A stretch of DNA of 64,000 nucleotides from Leptolyngbyaceae cyanobacterium (GCA_965263355.1 CBDHHL010000056.1:1600001-1664000); one strand, 5' to 3'; positions 18,469-29,732 are shown, counted from the first letter of the stretch. Program-made: numbers and translations. The notes: generated by a model not told the origin, from the letters alone.

Positions 18469-18598
18469 GGGTGGACGGCAGTGGACCAGAGCTGAGCGGC
18501 AAAGATTTTGCTGAGTCCATAGTACAGCCTGGAGACCCTCAGGCATTAGACTGGGCCTGACCCAGAGATTGTCATTGCTCGTGCTGACCGGCAATCTT

Positions 18599-18719
18599 GT
18601 AGGGGCTGTGCCTTGTGCCAGCCCTCCGAGGCCAGACGCCATTCACCAAATTTCTCTGATACTAGATCCTGGCTACCTGCGCCCGATATTGCAGGGCAAC
18701 CACAAGGGATTGCCCCTAC
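18599..18719. repeat. Inverted pair of GTAG-type REPs (REPIN-like)
   Basis: GTAGGGGCTGTGCCTTGTGCCAGCCCT (18599-18625); reverse-strand GTAGGGGCAATCCCTTGTGGTTGCCCT (18693-18719). Confidence 0.7.
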
Positions 18720-18776
18720 GAATTGATGTATTTTAATCGGTAGTAATTCAGCCAAATTGGTATGAGTCTTGCCATT

Positions 18777-18810
18777 AAAAAAACCGCCTGATGGCTTGAT
18801 CAGACGGTTA
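18777..18810 (-). terminator. Intrinsic terminator of the phosphatase gene
   Basis: AACCGCCTGAT...ATCAGACGGTT hairpin with an A-run on the left (U-tail on minus strand). Confidence 0.65.
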
Positions 18811-18845
18811 ATGGTCGTGGTCGTTAAAGGATATGTCTAGGCTGC

Positions 18846-20426
18846 TTAAGCAGTGCGCTTACGCTTCAGGCCAAATAAAGCGGTGGCACCACTACCCAAG
18901 AGACCCAGGATAGTAGCGGGCTCAGGGACGGGCTGATACACCGAGAAGGTTTCGCTGACTTCGTTGCTAACCACAAGTAGTGGAGCACCAATGGGGCTGT
19001 CGGTTTCACTGATATACAGCAGACCTTCAGGGCTAATGTCACCCTTAGCGCTGGGCTCGTAGGTGATAAAGCTGGGGGCCGTTGGATCGGTAATGTCATA
19101 AACCATGACACCGCCGGAGCGCTCTAGACCGATAAATGCAATTACCTGGCCGTCTACGATACCGATGGTGACGCCTTCGGGTTCAGGACCTTTGTCGTCA
19201 CTGCGCTGATCAAACTCGTCGGGGTCGCCGCTGTTGATGTTAAAGAATTCAGGGAAGTCAGCTGCAATGATTTGCTCAAAGGCATCACCACTGTCATACA
19301 CCAGGTTGCCTTCGGCATCCCAAATGGAGAAGGAACGGGCACCGTAGCTATAAATTTGGTCGGTGTCGCCGTCGCCATCGGTATCGCCTAAGGCAGTTGT
19401 GGTCTTTAGACGACCTAAGTTTTCGTCTTCTTGTAGCTCATCAGCATTGGGATAAGCGGTGGGATCTAACTCTAGATCCTTAACCCGGACTTCTTCGGAG
19501 AAACCATCGTAATCACGGGCATCACCTTCATTGGCAGAAACGATATAGGTTTCGCCATCGACAGTGTAGGTTGCGATCGCATCCGGCTGATACATCCCCA
19601 ACACAGGATGCGTATCAATATTGATACCATCATCCCGATTGCTAGCATCAAAGCCATTACCATCAACGCTATGATCCTTAAACCCTAGGCTGGTTACTTC
19701 AGTAAAGGTTTCGGTGTCCAGATCTAAAATGCCAAACGCATTATTTTCCTGCAACGCCACATAAGCAGTGGCCCCATCGTCAGAAACCGCAATAAACTCA
19801 GGCTCAAGATCTTGCTCAGGCGTAGCCCCAGGGCCAAAAATACGGACCTCAGGATCAATCGGTACACCGCCAAATCCAACAGTCTTAACGCTGTTGTTAG
19901 CGATATCAATAATGCTCACCGAACCTTCAGGGTCTACGGTGTAGTCATCGTTGGGTTCCCCCTCATTGGCCACCAATACCTTGGTGCTATCGGGAGTAAA
20001 TGTGAGCATGTCAGGTAGAGCGCCGACCTCAAAGCTGATTTGAAAATCGCCATTGGCATCAAAAAAGGCGACGATACCATTGTCCTGAGCGGTTTCAGCT
20101 TCAATCGCCGCTGCCAAAATACCATTCCCAAACGCAACGCTATTAACGCCGCCGCCAGCAAACCCACCAATATTGGTCGGCTCAGTTAAATCAATAGAAC
20201 TAACAAAGCTAGGAGCAGTTGGATCAACGAGATTAAAAATCTCAATAGTGTCGCCTGTAGTGACAAACAGGTTATTGCTATCGGGGTCAAACGCTGAGAT
20301 TTCCGCACCACCCTCAACCTCTGCACCGCCCAATCGGCTAAGTGTAAACGCAGATGCAGGTGTAGCCATTGCTCCTGCCAGAACAATCGCCGGGACAAAC
20401 GCCCCCAACATATATTTAGGTGTCAT
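18846..20426 (-). CDS. Choice-of-anchor I alkaline phosphatase-like protein with PEP-CTERM tail
   Basis: AEISAFD, GALPDMLTFTPD, ANEGEP, EPEFI, LQENNA, GMYQPD, ANEGDAR, GARSFSIW, RSDDKGPEPEG; ends VPEP-TM-KRKR; likely ATG at 20426. Confidence 0.85.
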   Translation of the reverse strand: MTPKYMLGAFVPAIVLAGAMATPASAFTLSRLGGAEVEGGAEISAFDPDSNNLFVTTGDTIEIFNLVDPTAPSFVSSIDLTEPTNIGGFAGGGVNSVAFGNGILAAAIEAETAQDNGIVAFFDANGDFQISFEVGALPDMLTFTPDSTKVLVANEGEPNDDYTVDPEGSVSIIDIANNSVKTVGFGGVPIDPEVRIFGPGATPEQDLEPEFIAVSDDGATAYVALQENNAFGILDLDTETFTEVTSLGFKDHSVDGNGFDASNRDDGINIDTHPVLGMYQPDAIATYTVDGETYIVSANEGDARDYDGFSEEVRVKDLELDPTAYPNADELQEDENLGRLKTTTALGDTDGDGDTDQIYSYGARSFSIWDAEGNLVYDSGDAFEQIIAADFPEFFNINSGDPDEFDQRSDDKGPEPEGVTIGIVDGQVIAFIGLERSGGVMVYDITDPTAPSFITYEPSAKGDISPEGLLYISETDSPIGAPLLVVSNEVSETFSVYQPVPEPATILGLLGSGATALFGLKRKRTA

Positions 20427-20564
20427 AGTGTCGATTTCGATGTGAATTTCAGAGCTGTGAATCAGTAGTAACCCCCATCCAGCAAGAGCCACCTCGGGCG
20501 AACCGTGGCAAATACTGGACTCCTGCATGATTTAATTTGAAGTTAAAATAATTTCCAAAATCAA

Positions 20565-20583
20565 AGGTTAAGAGAAGGTAAAA
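20565..20583 (-). promoter_or_regulatory. Pho-box-like (SphR/PhoB) direct repeat
   Basis: Minus strand TTTTACCT-N3-CTTAACCT with 11-bp period upstream of the phosphatase; a second pair TTTAACTT-N3-ATTAAATC lies near 20529-20547. Confidence 0.55.
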
Positions 20584-20813
20584 GCCCCTAGACCTTTCAA
20601 AGAGTCTTTAAGGAACCTCATCGTGGATTTATCTAGCCCATTAAAATAAACCTTGTCCATGTCCAGAATTGGAGTTTTGCCGTAGAAGAACATAAAGGTT
20701 TCAATTTGGGCGTGGTTTAGCTAGGTAGTTACTACTAATCCCCCCAACAGTCTCACTCCTCTGGCACAATGAGGTGGTCAAATGTCCCTGTTCAGTAAAG
20801 GTCTCCCAAGGTT

Positions 20814-23537
20814 TTGGTCCTAGCACCTGAAAATTTATTTCCGTTTCAGCTCGATTCGTTTCAAGTGGATGCCATTGAGGCACTTAACAAAGGACAGTCT
20901 GTAATTGTCTGTGCCCCCACTGGTTCCGGTAAAACCCTGGTGGGTGAATATGCCATTCACCGAGCCATTCACTTTAACAGACGGGTGTTTTACACCACCC
21001 CCCTAAAGGCGCTTTCCAATCAAAAACTGCGGGACTTTCGCGACCAGTTTGGCCATGACACGGTTGGTTTACTAACGGGCGACCTGTCCATCAACCGGGA
21101 TGCCCCCATTCTGGTGATGACCACAGAAATCTTTCGCAACATGCTCTATGGCACCACCATGGGAGAAGTGGGGGATGCGGTGCAGGGGGTACAAGCGGTG
21201 ATTCTAGACGAGTGTCACTATATGAACGACCGCCAACGCGGTACCGTCTGGGAAGAATCCATCATCTACTGTCCGCCAGAAATTCAGCTGGTGGGGCTGT
21301 CGGCTACGGTTGCCAATGGTGATCAGCTGACTGACTGGATTGCTAAAATCCATGGCCCCAGTCAGTTAATTTATTCGGACTTTCGCCCGGTGCCCCTGAC
21401 GATTCACTTCGCAACGGGTACGGGAATTTTCCCCCTCTTAAATGAGAAAAAAACAGCGCTCCACGACCGCTTGAAACGGCAGCGTAAGCCACCTCGCCAA
21501 CAAAAGGGCCAAAAGAAAAAATCTCCGAGCGCCAATAACGAATTTATTGTCAGCCAGCTGCAACAGAAAGACATGTTGCCCGCTATTTTCTTTATTTTTA
21601 GCCGTAAGGGGTGTGACAAGGCGGTACAAACCATTAGTAGTCTATCCCTGGTTACCCCGGCTGAGGCCCTCGACCTCAAACATCGGATTGATGAGTTTTT
21701 AAGGGCTAATCCTGAAGCGGCTCGGGCTGGTCAGGTGGATCCTCTATACCGAGGCATTGCGGCCCACCATGCTGGCCTATTACCCGCCTGGAAAGGTCTG
21801 GTGGAAGAGCTTTTCCAAGCCGGGCTGATTAAGGTTGTGTTTGCCACTGAAACCTTGGCAGCCGGTATTAATATGCCTGCGCGCACCACGGTTATTTCTA
21901 GTTTGTCAAAGCGTACCGATAGTGGTCATCGGCTCCTCCATGCCTCAGAATTTTTGCAGATGGCTGGCCGGGCAGGCCGACGAGGCATGGATATAGAAGG
22001 CCATGTGGTGACCGTAGAAACCCCCTTTGAGGGGGCTAAAGAAGCGGGGTATTTGGCGCTGGCTAAGCCGGACCCATTGGTGAGCCAATTCACGCCCAGC
22101 TATGGCATGGTGCTCAACTTACTTCAAACCCATTCCCTAGAGGAAACCCGTGCCCTAGTAGAACGTAGCTTTGGGCAATATCTTTCCACCTTGCATCTAA
22201 CGCCCCAACAACAGGCCATCAATGATGTGGAGCATAATATTGCGCTTATTCGTGAGCAGTTGGAGACCATTGGTGACGAGCAAATTGCAGAATATGCCAA
22301 GCTGCGAGAGCGATTGCGGGAAGAACGCCGTCTCCTCAAAATTTTGGACAAACAGGCCCTTGAAACCTTGACAGGGGATCAGCAAACCGTGGTTAATTTC
22401 GCCGTGGCGGGCACAGTGCTATCTCTTAAGGGGAAGCATGTTAAGGTGCATAACCCGCTACCCGCTGTTTTGGTCACTAAGGTCCAAGCCCCTGGAAAAA
22501 TCACCTATCTGATTTGTCTGACCCAGGATAATCGTTGGATTATGGCAGCGCCTCGGGATGTATTTGCCCTTTACGAAAAATATGAGCGCATTGCAGCGGT
22601 GGATCATCTGGTACCACCGGACACCCTGCCCCTGAAAGCTGGCAGTAAGTGTACTGGGGATGACACAACGGCTGAGGTGGCCAGCCTGATACCCATAGAA
22701 TTACCTTCCTTTGATGCCCTGGCTCCGGAGGTCAAGGAACAGCGCGATCGCATGCTTTCTGTTGAGGCTAAGTTAGAAAGCCATCCGCTCAATCAATTTG
22801 GCAAACCCAAATCACTGCTGAAAAAGCAGCAGCGGCTGACCATCTTGGAGACTGAGTTACGCGATCGCAAAGCTAAATATAATCAATACGCCAGCCGCTA
22901 CTGGCAAGAGTTTCTTAATCTAATGGCGATTCTTGAAAACTTTGGCGGTCTTGAGCAAAATCAACCGACGAACTTTGGCAAAATGGCCGCCGCTATCCGG
23001 GGTGAAAATGAACTGTGGCTGGCCTTGGCCTTAGGATCCGGTGAATTTGACCATCTGCTGCCCCATCAGTTCGCCGCTGCCTGTGCCGCCATTGTTACAG
23101 AAATCACCCGCCCCGACACCTGGACCCGTTATAGCACCTCCAATGCCGTGACAGAAGCCCTGGATGGGCTACGTTCAATTCGTCGGCAAGTGTTTCAGCA
23201 GCAGCGGCGTTACCAGGTGGCTTTACCCGTATGCCTGGAGTGGAATCTGATTGCCTTGGTCGAAGAATGGGCCTTAGAAGCTGAGTGGAATGAGCTGTGT
23301 CAAAATACCAGCCTGGATGAAGGGGATGTGGTGCGCATTCTTCGCCGTACCTTGGATATTTTGTCTCAAATTCCCCACGTGCCATTCCTGTCGCCTACGG
23401 TTAAGTCCACAGCCCGTCAGGCTGCTTATCTACTAAATCGTTTCCCGGTAAATGAGGCTGGCGATATAGCAAACCCGCTAAGCGAGGCATCGGAGGAAGA
23501 CATAGATGTCGACGATATTAATACCGAAGAGGAATAA
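20814..23537 (+). CDS. Ski2/HelY-like DEAD/DEAH-box RNA helicase
   Basis: APTGSGKT, TTPLKALSNQK, DECH, LSAT, ATETLAAGINMP, QMAGRAGRRG, DSHCT-like DEGD..R C-terminus. Confidence 0.92.
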   Translation: MVLAPENLFPFQLDSFQVDAIEALNKGQSVIVCAPTGSGKTLVGEYAIHRAIHFNRRVFYTTPLKALSNQKLRDFRDQFGHDTVGLLTGDLSINRDAPILVMTTEIFRNMLYGTTMGEVGDAVQGVQAVILDECHYMNDRQRGTVWEESIIYCPPEIQLVGLSATVANGDQLTDWIAKIHGPSQLIYSDFRPVPLTIHFATGTGIFPLLNEKKTALHDRLKRQRKPPRQQKGQKKKSPSANNEFIVSQLQQKDMLPAIFFIFSRKGCDKAVQTISSLSLVTPAEALDLKHRIDEFLRANPEAARAGQVDPLYRGIAAHHAGLLPAWKGLVEELFQAGLIKVVFATETLAAGINMPARTTVISSLSKRTDSGHRLLHASEFLQMAGRAGRRGMDIEGHVVTVETPFEGAKEAGYLALAKPDPLVSQFTPSYGMVLNLLQTHSLEETRALVERSFGQYLSTLHLTPQQQAINDVEHNIALIREQLETIGDEQIAEYAKLRERLREERRLLKILDKQALETLTGDQQTVVNFAVAGTVLSLKGKHVKVHNPLPAVLVTKVQAPGKITYLICLTQDNRWIMAAPRDVFALYEKYERIAAVDHLVPPDTLPLKAGSKCTGDDTTAEVASLIPIELPSFDALAPEVKEQRDRMLSVEAKLESHPLNQFGKPKSLLKKQQRLTILETELRDRKAKYNQYASRYWQEFLNLMAILENFGGLEQNQPTNFGKMAAAIRGENELWLALALGSGEFDHLLPHQFAAACAAIVTEITRPDTWTRYSTSNAVTEALDGLRSIRRQVFQQQRRYQVALPVCLEWNLIALVEEWALEAEWNELCQNTSLDEGDVVRILRRTLDILSQIPHVPFLSPTVKSTARQAAYLLNRFPVNEAGDIANPLSEASEEDIDVDDINTEEE

Positions 23538-23587
23538 TAATAATTGTTACGGCTCAGTCTAAGGCTATCCACTGCTTACCCTACCCG

Positions 23588-23992
23588 TTGTCTATGACAT
23601 TGTCTTCTGCATTTATTCAACCTAAAACGCTTGCCCGTGCTCAACGCGCAGTGAGATGTGCGCCTTTTTATATGAAATTGCTGGTGGCGATGCGATCTCA
23701 AAGCGTTTCCCTACGGGCCGTTACTGACGATCGCGGTATGCTGAGCGGCTATACCCGCCAACCCCTTTCAGACGTTGCCGCCGAGCAACACCTAAGTTGG
23801 CTCATGACCGTGGGGATTGTCCGCCGGGAGGTCGATGGACAAGGCTTGACCGATAGTTTTCGTCTGACACCTATTGGTCGTCAGTTGGTAGAACAATGGG
23901 AAGCCTCAGGTCGTCCGGATTCCCTAGGTAATCCTCTGGATTATTTACTCAATGCCAGAAATCGTTGGTTGAGACTACCGACCTGGTTGTAA
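23588..23992 (+). CDS. Conserved cyanobacterial protein (Npun_F0494-like)
   Basis: RA.RAVRC.PF, WL..VG..RREVDGQG.TDSFRLTP.GRQ. Confidence 0.75.
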   Translation: MSMTLSSAFIQPKTLARAQRAVRCAPFYMKLLVAMRSQSVSLRAVTDDRGMLSGYTRQPLSDVAAEQHLSWLMTVGIVRREVDGQGLTDSFRLTPIGRQLVEQWEASGRPDSLGNPLDYLLNARNRWLRLPTWL

Positions 23993-24327
23993 TGGCCAGG
24001 TTAATTTTGAAACCATTTTTCGATCTCAGCGGCATAGTAGCACTGACGATGTCTAAAGGATAAAGTTTGGGTAAAGTTATGCAATAGTATTTCAACTTAA
24101 ACCACGTTCAAGTTGAAACTGGTCACTTCTGCCCTAGAAAACTACAGTTCTGGACAAAGCTTAACCACCAACTCTCACCGTCAGGCTATTCCCATTGGCA
24201 TCGCTGATCTTTCTTATTTCAACTAAAGCGTAGCAAATACTCATATTGAAAATCGTTATTCCGATTCACTATTTCAACTCAATATTGCAATCACTAATAA
24301 TTCCACTAGACCGGGAGGCACTCTAGC

Positions 24328-25821
24328 ATGAAGGCCATTATGGTAGTGGGGACAACCTCCCACGCCGGTAAATCTCTAATTGTCACAGCACTTTGCCGTA
24401 TGTTGAGCCGTCGTGGCTGGCGAGTGGCTCCCTTCAAGGGTCAAAATATGGCCTCTAATACCTATGTCACCTCTAATGGGGCCGAAATAGGCTATGCACA
24501 GGCAGTCCAGGCTTGGGCAGCGGGAGTATCTCCCCAATCCGAAATGAATCCAGTACTGCTCAAAACCCAGAGCAACGGCACTTCTCAAGTCATCATCAAA
24601 GGACGCCCTGTGGGTCAGACCACATCTGACCATTACTATGAGACTTACTTTGAAACCGGCTGGCAGGCGGTGCAAGAAAGCTTGGCTCGCCTAGGACAAG
24701 AATTTGACCTGCTGCTTTGTGAAGGCGACGGCAATCCTGCCGAAATCAATATCAAGCATCGAGATCTGGCAAATATGCGGATCGCCAAAGCCCTCAATGC
24801 ACCCACCATTCTGGTGGTTGATATTGATCGAGGGGGGGCCTTTGCCCATATCGTTGGCACCCTTGAACTCCTAGAGCCCGATGAGCGAGACCTGGTTAAA
24901 GGCATCATCATCAATAAGTTTAGTGGTCAGAAAAGTGTGCTGCAGTCAGGTATTGAATGGCTAGAAAAGCGCACAGGTATTCCTGTAATGGGTGTGGTTC
25001 CTTGGATTGATAATGCTACGCCAACAGAAGGGGCGCTTTCATTGATGAATCGCCCCATGGAAAAAAAATCCGCTGAACTTAACATTGCTGTAATTCGCTT
25101 GCCACGGATTTCTAACTTTACGGACTTTGACCCCCTAGAGGCTGAACCGTCAGTCAATGTTAGATATCTCAGCCCTAAAGACGATTTGGGCCATCCTGAC
25201 GCTGTCATTTTACCTGGCACTAAAACAGCCATTGCCGATCTGCTAATTTTGCAACGTACGGGGATGGCCGAAGCTATTCAAAACTATGCTTCAGCCGGGG
25301 GAACTGTGCTCGGTATTTGCGGTGGGTTCCAACTCATGGGACAAATGCTGGCGGATCCAGAAGGCTTAGAAGGCCAAGAAGGTCGATTCAGGGGATTAAG
25401 TATCCTTCCTCTGCGCACGGTCATTACTCAAAATAAAGTTGCCCGTCAACGATCCGTTAGCTCTAAGTATCCTCAAGAAGGCCTACCCGTTAATGGATAT
25501 GAAATCCACCATGGCCGTACTCAGCTGGTAATGACCCCTGAAGGGGGAGAACCAGGGCCAAAATTTCAGCCTATTTTTGACGACCGTAGCCTGGGCATTG
25601 TGGATGAAACCGAGTCTCTGTGGGGGACTTACCTGCACGGCATTTTTGACAACGGTCCTTGGCGACGAGCTTGGTTAAATCGCCTCAGACAGCAGCGGGG
25701 GCTAGGTTCTCTACCTACAGGTATTGCTAACTATCGAGAACAGCGCGACACCATGCTCAACGATTTAGCCGATACAGTTGAAAAATACGTTAACTTGGAC
25801 CCGATTCTGAGCCAGTCCTAG
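24328..25821 (+). CDS. cobQ: Cobyric acid synthase
   Basis: GTTSHAGKS, PFKGQNM, MNPVLLK, DIDRGG, ISNFTDFDPL, GICGG.Q, GYEIHHG, GTYLHGIFDN. Confidence 0.95.
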   Translation: MKAIMVVGTTSHAGKSLIVTALCRMLSRRGWRVAPFKGQNMASNTYVTSNGAEIGYAQAVQAWAAGVSPQSEMNPVLLKTQSNGTSQVIIKGRPVGQTTSDHYYETYFETGWQAVQESLARLGQEFDLLLCEGDGNPAEINIKHRDLANMRIAKALNAPTILVVDIDRGGAFAHIVGTLELLEPDERDLVKGIIINKFSGQKSVLQSGIEWLEKRTGIPVMGVVPWIDNATPTEGALSLMNRPMEKKSAELNIAVIRLPRISNFTDFDPLEAEPSVNVRYLSPKDDLGHPDAVILPGTKTAIADLLILQRTGMAEAIQNYASAGGTVLGICGGFQLMGQMLADPEGLEGQEGRFRGLSILPLRTVITQNKVARQRSVSSKYPQEGLPVNGYEIHHGRTQLVMTPEGGEPGPKFQPIFDDRSLGIVDETESLWGTYLHGIFDNGPWRRAWLNRLRQQRGLGSLPTGIANYREQRDTMLNDLADTVEKYVNLDPILSQS

Positions 25822-25894
25822 GTCTGCCCCCCAACCAAAGTCATATATCAGCATCAGGGTCCCATAATATTCCTGGACTGACTGTAGGACCACT

Positions 25895-26707
25895 GTGGGA
25901 CCATATGGGCAGTCCTATCAAATCAGGTTAGTAATGCCCCCTATAGATATTGGAATTTTGGCCCTGGGTGGTTTAACCGCAGGAATATTAGCAGGCTTGC
26001 TGGGCATTGGTGGCGGAGTACTAATGGTGCCATTGTTGCTAGTTTTTGGCATCAATGTGGATCAAGCTGCGGCTACGAGTTTGCTGGCGATTCTGATCAC
26101 AGCCACCACAGGCAGTTTGCAAAATTGGCGTATGGGGTACCTACAACCCAAAAACATTTTGCTCCTGGCACTACCAGCCATTGCTTTGGTAATCGTGGGC
26201 ACTGAAGTGGGTGGGCTATTGGCAGAATATTGGCGACGAACTGCGTTTGGCACCCTACTACTAGCTAATATTTATTTGGTTAGCGTTAAGAAACGTATTG
26301 CCACCACTGCTCATGTCCGTCAAATGTCACCGCTGGTGGCACGACTTATAACTGGCAGTTCCTCAGGATTTATGGCAGGGCTATTCGGCGTGGGCGGTGG
26401 CGTGATCATGGTGCCTCTGCAGATATTACTCATGCATACCAGCATGAAAAATGCGGTGCGTAATAGTCTAGCGGTGATTTCCCTGACGGCCTTAATTGCC
26501 TGCATCCACAATGGTCTGAAAGGAGATATTGTCTATGGTGCTGGCTTAATGCTGGGGTTAGGCGGCTTGGTGGGCGTACAAATCAGTACTCGATTTTTAC
26601 CCAAGCTACCTGAACGGGTAGTTAGCTGGCTATTTCGTACGTTGCTTTGCGTATTGTCAGCCTACGTATTTTGGCAAGCCTGGCAGGCATATACGAGCCA
26701 AACATAA
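25895..26707 (+). CDS. Sulfite exporter TauE/SafE family membrane protein (start may be ATG 25934)
   Basis: Duplicated AGLLGIGGG..MVP / AGLFGVGGG..MVP halves. Confidence 0.9.
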   Translation: MGPYGQSYQIRLVMPPIDIGILALGGLTAGILAGLLGIGGGVLMVPLLLVFGINVDQAAATSLLAILITATTGSLQNWRMGYLQPKNILLLALPAIALVIVGTEVGGLLAEYWRRTAFGTLLLANIYLVSVKKRIATTAHVRQMSPLVARLITGSSSGFMAGLFGVGGGVIMVPLQILLMHTSMKNAVRNSLAVISLTALIACIHNGLKGDIVYGAGLMLGLGGLVGVQISTRFLPKLPERVVSWLFRTLLCVLSAYVFWQAWQAYTSQT

Positions 26708-26868
26708 AAATGGGTACCAAACTTAAGCTAGTACCCAGTGACTAACTTGAGCAGTTAGCATTCACATGTATTCAATTTTGGCAAAAGTCTACAGACTAAC
26801 TGCGAAGGATGCAGCGAACGTATCTATCAGCTGAGTCTTCAGATGCTTTACCAGATCTAGCTTGCCTA

Positions 26869-26964
26869 CTATTCCTTAGTTTGAATATAAAGAATAAGTA
26901 GAAATACGGTTGGAACGAATACGAACAGGATGCTGGCTACAAACCCTAGATTATTAACTTCCAT
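26869..26964 (-). CDS. psbM: Photosystem II reaction centre protein M (absent from ORF track)
   Basis: Manual translation [31 protein letters not shown]. Confidence 0.95.
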   Translation of the reverse strand: MEVNNLGFVASILFVFVPTVFLLILYIQTKE

Positions 26965-27147
26965 AGGACTTAGCTACTATTCTCTTAACAACAAACCACA
27001 TGGCTAAGCATATCACCCCGCTTCAACTCAATGAACCCACTGGTGAATGAATTGCAGTTTGCAATACTCTTTGGCAACCAAAAACCTGGTAAGTCGGTAG
27101 TTATAGACAAGCAACCTCACACCAGCAAACTGTTTGCTTTAAGATTT

Positions 27148-27456
27148 TTATTTTTTCCGTTTGGGTTTAGTGACGACGCTGACCGGGCCGTTGACCAGTG
27201 TCTGACAAGCCAAGCGACAATTGTCAGAGCGTTTTTTGAGCCTTTTTTCTTCGACGGCTGTGCGGGGAGACAGGTTATCTAACCCTTCGGCAATTTCAAC
27301 AACACATAGTGCACATTGGCCATATCCGCCGCAGTTCATCATCTTGCCAGTAAATGTATAGATATCAACGCGATTATCTATCGCCTTCTGACGCAGATTT
27401 GCTCCATCCGCCGCTGTGATCTCAACATCTTCGTTAACAAACTTAATAGTTGGCAT
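27148..27456 (-). CDS. 2Fe-2S ferredoxin-like protein
   Basis: [11 protein letters not shown]...RLACQ; upstream of psbM. Confidence 0.92.
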   Translation of the reverse strand: MPTIKFVNEDVEITAADGANLRQKAIDNRVDIYTFTGKMMNCGGYGQCALCVVEIAEGLDNLSPRTAVEEKRLKKRSDNCRLACQTLVNGPVSVVTKPKRKK

Positions 27457-27781
27457 CGAATAGCTCCAAAGGCAATCGTTACAAAGTCGAGAACGCCGTT
27501 AACGGCTTCATCCTAAGCAATCCAACTTGCATTGGATTATGAACTCTAGTTACACTTCTTTATACACTTTAATCTTCGAATTTGAGTGTATTAGTCCGTC
27601 GGGAATCGTTTGGATTCACTACCGTGTCAGGCTATCTGTCCATTGCCTCTAGTTTGCTTTGCTCTCAAGGAAAATTCTTTGGGCGTTTGCTTTGGAGTCA
27701 ATGGGTGTATCTGGTAGCCTGTTTGTATCGGTATTTTAATGTACGGCTAACATTTCCAAACTAGGAGGAGGCGCGTAGTCA

Positions 27782-29302
27782 ATGGGACTACCCTGGTACC
27801 GGGTACATACAGTCGTTATTAACGATCCCGGACGACTGATTTCTGTACACCTAATGCATACTGCACTTGTAGCAGGTTGGGCTGGCTCTATGGCCCTGTT
27901 TGAGCTTGCTACATTTGATCCAAGTGATCCTGCCCTGAATCCCATGTGGCGTCAGGGTATGTTTGTTCTTCCCTTCATGGCTCGCCTCGGTGTAACCGGG
28001 TCTTGGGGCGGCTGGAGTGTGACTGGCGAGACAGGGGTTGATCCTGGTTTCTGGTCCTTTGAAGGTGTTGCACTCGCACATATCGTGTTATCTGGCCTAC
28101 TGTTCTTAGCAGCAGTTTGGCACTGGGTCTTCTGGGATTTGGATCTATTCCGTGACCCTCGAACTGGTGAGCCCGCATTGGACTTGCCCAAGATGTTCGG
28201 TATTCACCTGTTCTTATCTGGCTTACTTTGCTTCGGCTTTGGGGCATTTCATCTAACGGGTGTTTGGGGCCCCGGTATGTGGGTATCTGACCCCTACGCC
28301 CTGACTGGACACGTGCAGCCTGTGGCTCCCGAATGGGGTCCTGGTGGATTTAACCCTTACGACGCAGGCGGTATTGTGGCACACCATATTGCCGCTGGTA
28401 TTGTCGGTATTGTGGCTGGTCTATTCCACCTGACGGTGCGACCACCCCAGCGTCTTTACAAGGCGCTGCGTATGGGTAATATCGAAACTGTCCTATCCAG
28501 TAGTATCGCAGCTGTTTTCTTTGCGGCATTCGTTGTGGCCGGTACCATGTGGTACGGCAATGCGACGACTCCTGTTGAACTGTTTGGTCCTACTCGTTAT
28601 CAGTGGGATGCTGGCTATTACCAGCAGGAAATTGAGCGCCGTGTACAGGCTGATATGGCTGACGGTCTCAGCCGTGCAGAAGCCTATGAGAATATTCCTG
28701 AGAAACTTGCTTTCTACGACTATGTGGGTAACAGCCCTGCCAAGGGTGGTTTGTTCCGCGTAGGTCCTATGGATAGTGGTGACGGTATTGCCACTGCTTG
28801 GCTAGGTCACCCTGTATTCAAAGATGCTGAGGGTCGCGTACTTTCAGTTCGTCGTCTGCCTAACTTCTTTGAAACTTTCCCAGTTATTCTGACTGACTCT
28901 AGTGGCACAGTGCGGGCAGATATTCCTTTCCGACGCGCTGAATCCCAGTACAGCATCGAGCAAACCGGTGTAACTGTTAGCTTCTACGGTGGTGAGCTGG
29001 ATGGCCAGACCATTGAGGATCCTGCCCGTGTGAAGCGTTATGCCCGTAAGGCGCTGTTAGGTGAGCCCTTTGAGTTTGATCTTGAAACTCTGGACTCTGA
29101 CGGTGTATTCCGGTCCAGTCCCCGTGGTTGGTTTACTTTTGGCCACGCAGTCTTTGCACTGTTGTTCTTCTTTGGCCATATCTGGCACGGCTCCCGTACT
29201 CTTTACCGCGATGTATTCGCTGGTATTGATCCCGATCTCTCTCCTGAGCAGGTCGAGTGGGGCTTGTTCCAAAAGGTGGGTGACACTACTACTCGTATCT
29301 AG
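27782..29302 (+). CDS. psbB: Photosystem II CP47 chlorophyll-binding protein
   Basis: [37 protein letters not shown]; full length. Confidence 0.99.
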   Translation: MGLPWYRVHTVVINDPGRLISVHLMHTALVAGWAGSMALFELATFDPSDPALNPMWRQGMFVLPFMARLGVTGSWGGWSVTGETGVDPGFWSFEGVALAHIVLSGLLFLAAVWHWVFWDLDLFRDPRTGEPALDLPKMFGIHLFLSGLLCFGFGAFHLTGVWGPGMWVSDPYALTGHVQPVAPEWGPGGFNPYDAGGIVAHHIAAGIVGIVAGLFHLTVRPPQRLYKALRMGNIETVLSSSIAAVFFAAFVVAGTMWYGNATTPVELFGPTRYQWDAGYYQQEIERRVQADMADGLSRAEAYENIPEKLAFYDYVGNSPAKGGLFRVGPMDSGDGIATAWLGHPVFKDAEGRVLSVRRLPNFFETFPVILTDSSGTVRADIPFRRAESQYSIEQTGVTVSFYGGELDGQTIEDPARVKRYARKALLGEPFEFDLETLDSDGVFRSSPRGWFTFGHAVFALLFFFGHIWHGSRTLYRDVFAGIDPDLSPEQVEWGLFQKVGDTTTRI

Positions 29303-29329
29303 TGCTCGTTCACAGGTTTTAGTTTAAGT

Positions 29330-29366
29330 AAAAATGGCTCAGCAAGTTTCGCTGGGCCATTTTTTT
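29330..29366 (+). terminator. Intrinsic terminator after psbB
   Basis: AAAAATGGCTCAGC...GCTGGGCCATTTTTTT. Confidence 0.8.
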
Positions 29367-29443
29367 GGGATAATGTTTTCACTAGCAGCCCTTGCTGGGG
29401 TCTACGGCAATGGCAATAGATGTTGATTGAGTAGGACAAAACC

Positions 29444-29542
29444 ATGGAAAGTGTTGCTTACATTCTGATTCTCGCCCTCATTCTTGGGACGCTCTTTTTT
29501 GCGATAGTATTTCGTGAGCCCCCCCGGATTAAAAAGGACTAA
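29444..29542 (+). CDS. psbT: Photosystem II reaction centre protein T (absent from ORF track)
   Basis: Manual translation MESVAYILILALILGTLFFAIVFREPPRIKKD*. Confidence 0.95.
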   Translation: MESVAYILILALILGTLFFAIVFREPPRIKKD

Positions 29543-29732
29543 TTCCATATTTTTTTAGCCTGGAGCTATCAATAAAGCGAAAGGTCTAAGAACCGAGCTG
29601 TTATCCCCGATGAGATGGATGACATAATAGAGGTACTAACTTCTTTGCGTTTAGCGAAGTTAGCCTCTATTTTTGTTTTAAGCGTGGTCTAATGAGCGGA
29701 CCTCACGTTACTGATTTTGGGTTTATTGGTCT

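Noticed and set aside
24089..24119. ATTTCAACTT...AAGTTGAAAC resembling a CRISPR repeat
   Set aside because: Single palindrome; nearby TTTCAACT matches are short and irregularly spaced; no cas genes
24245..24262. Fur/Zur-like box upstream of cobQ
   Set aside because: Only a partial match in AT-rich DNA
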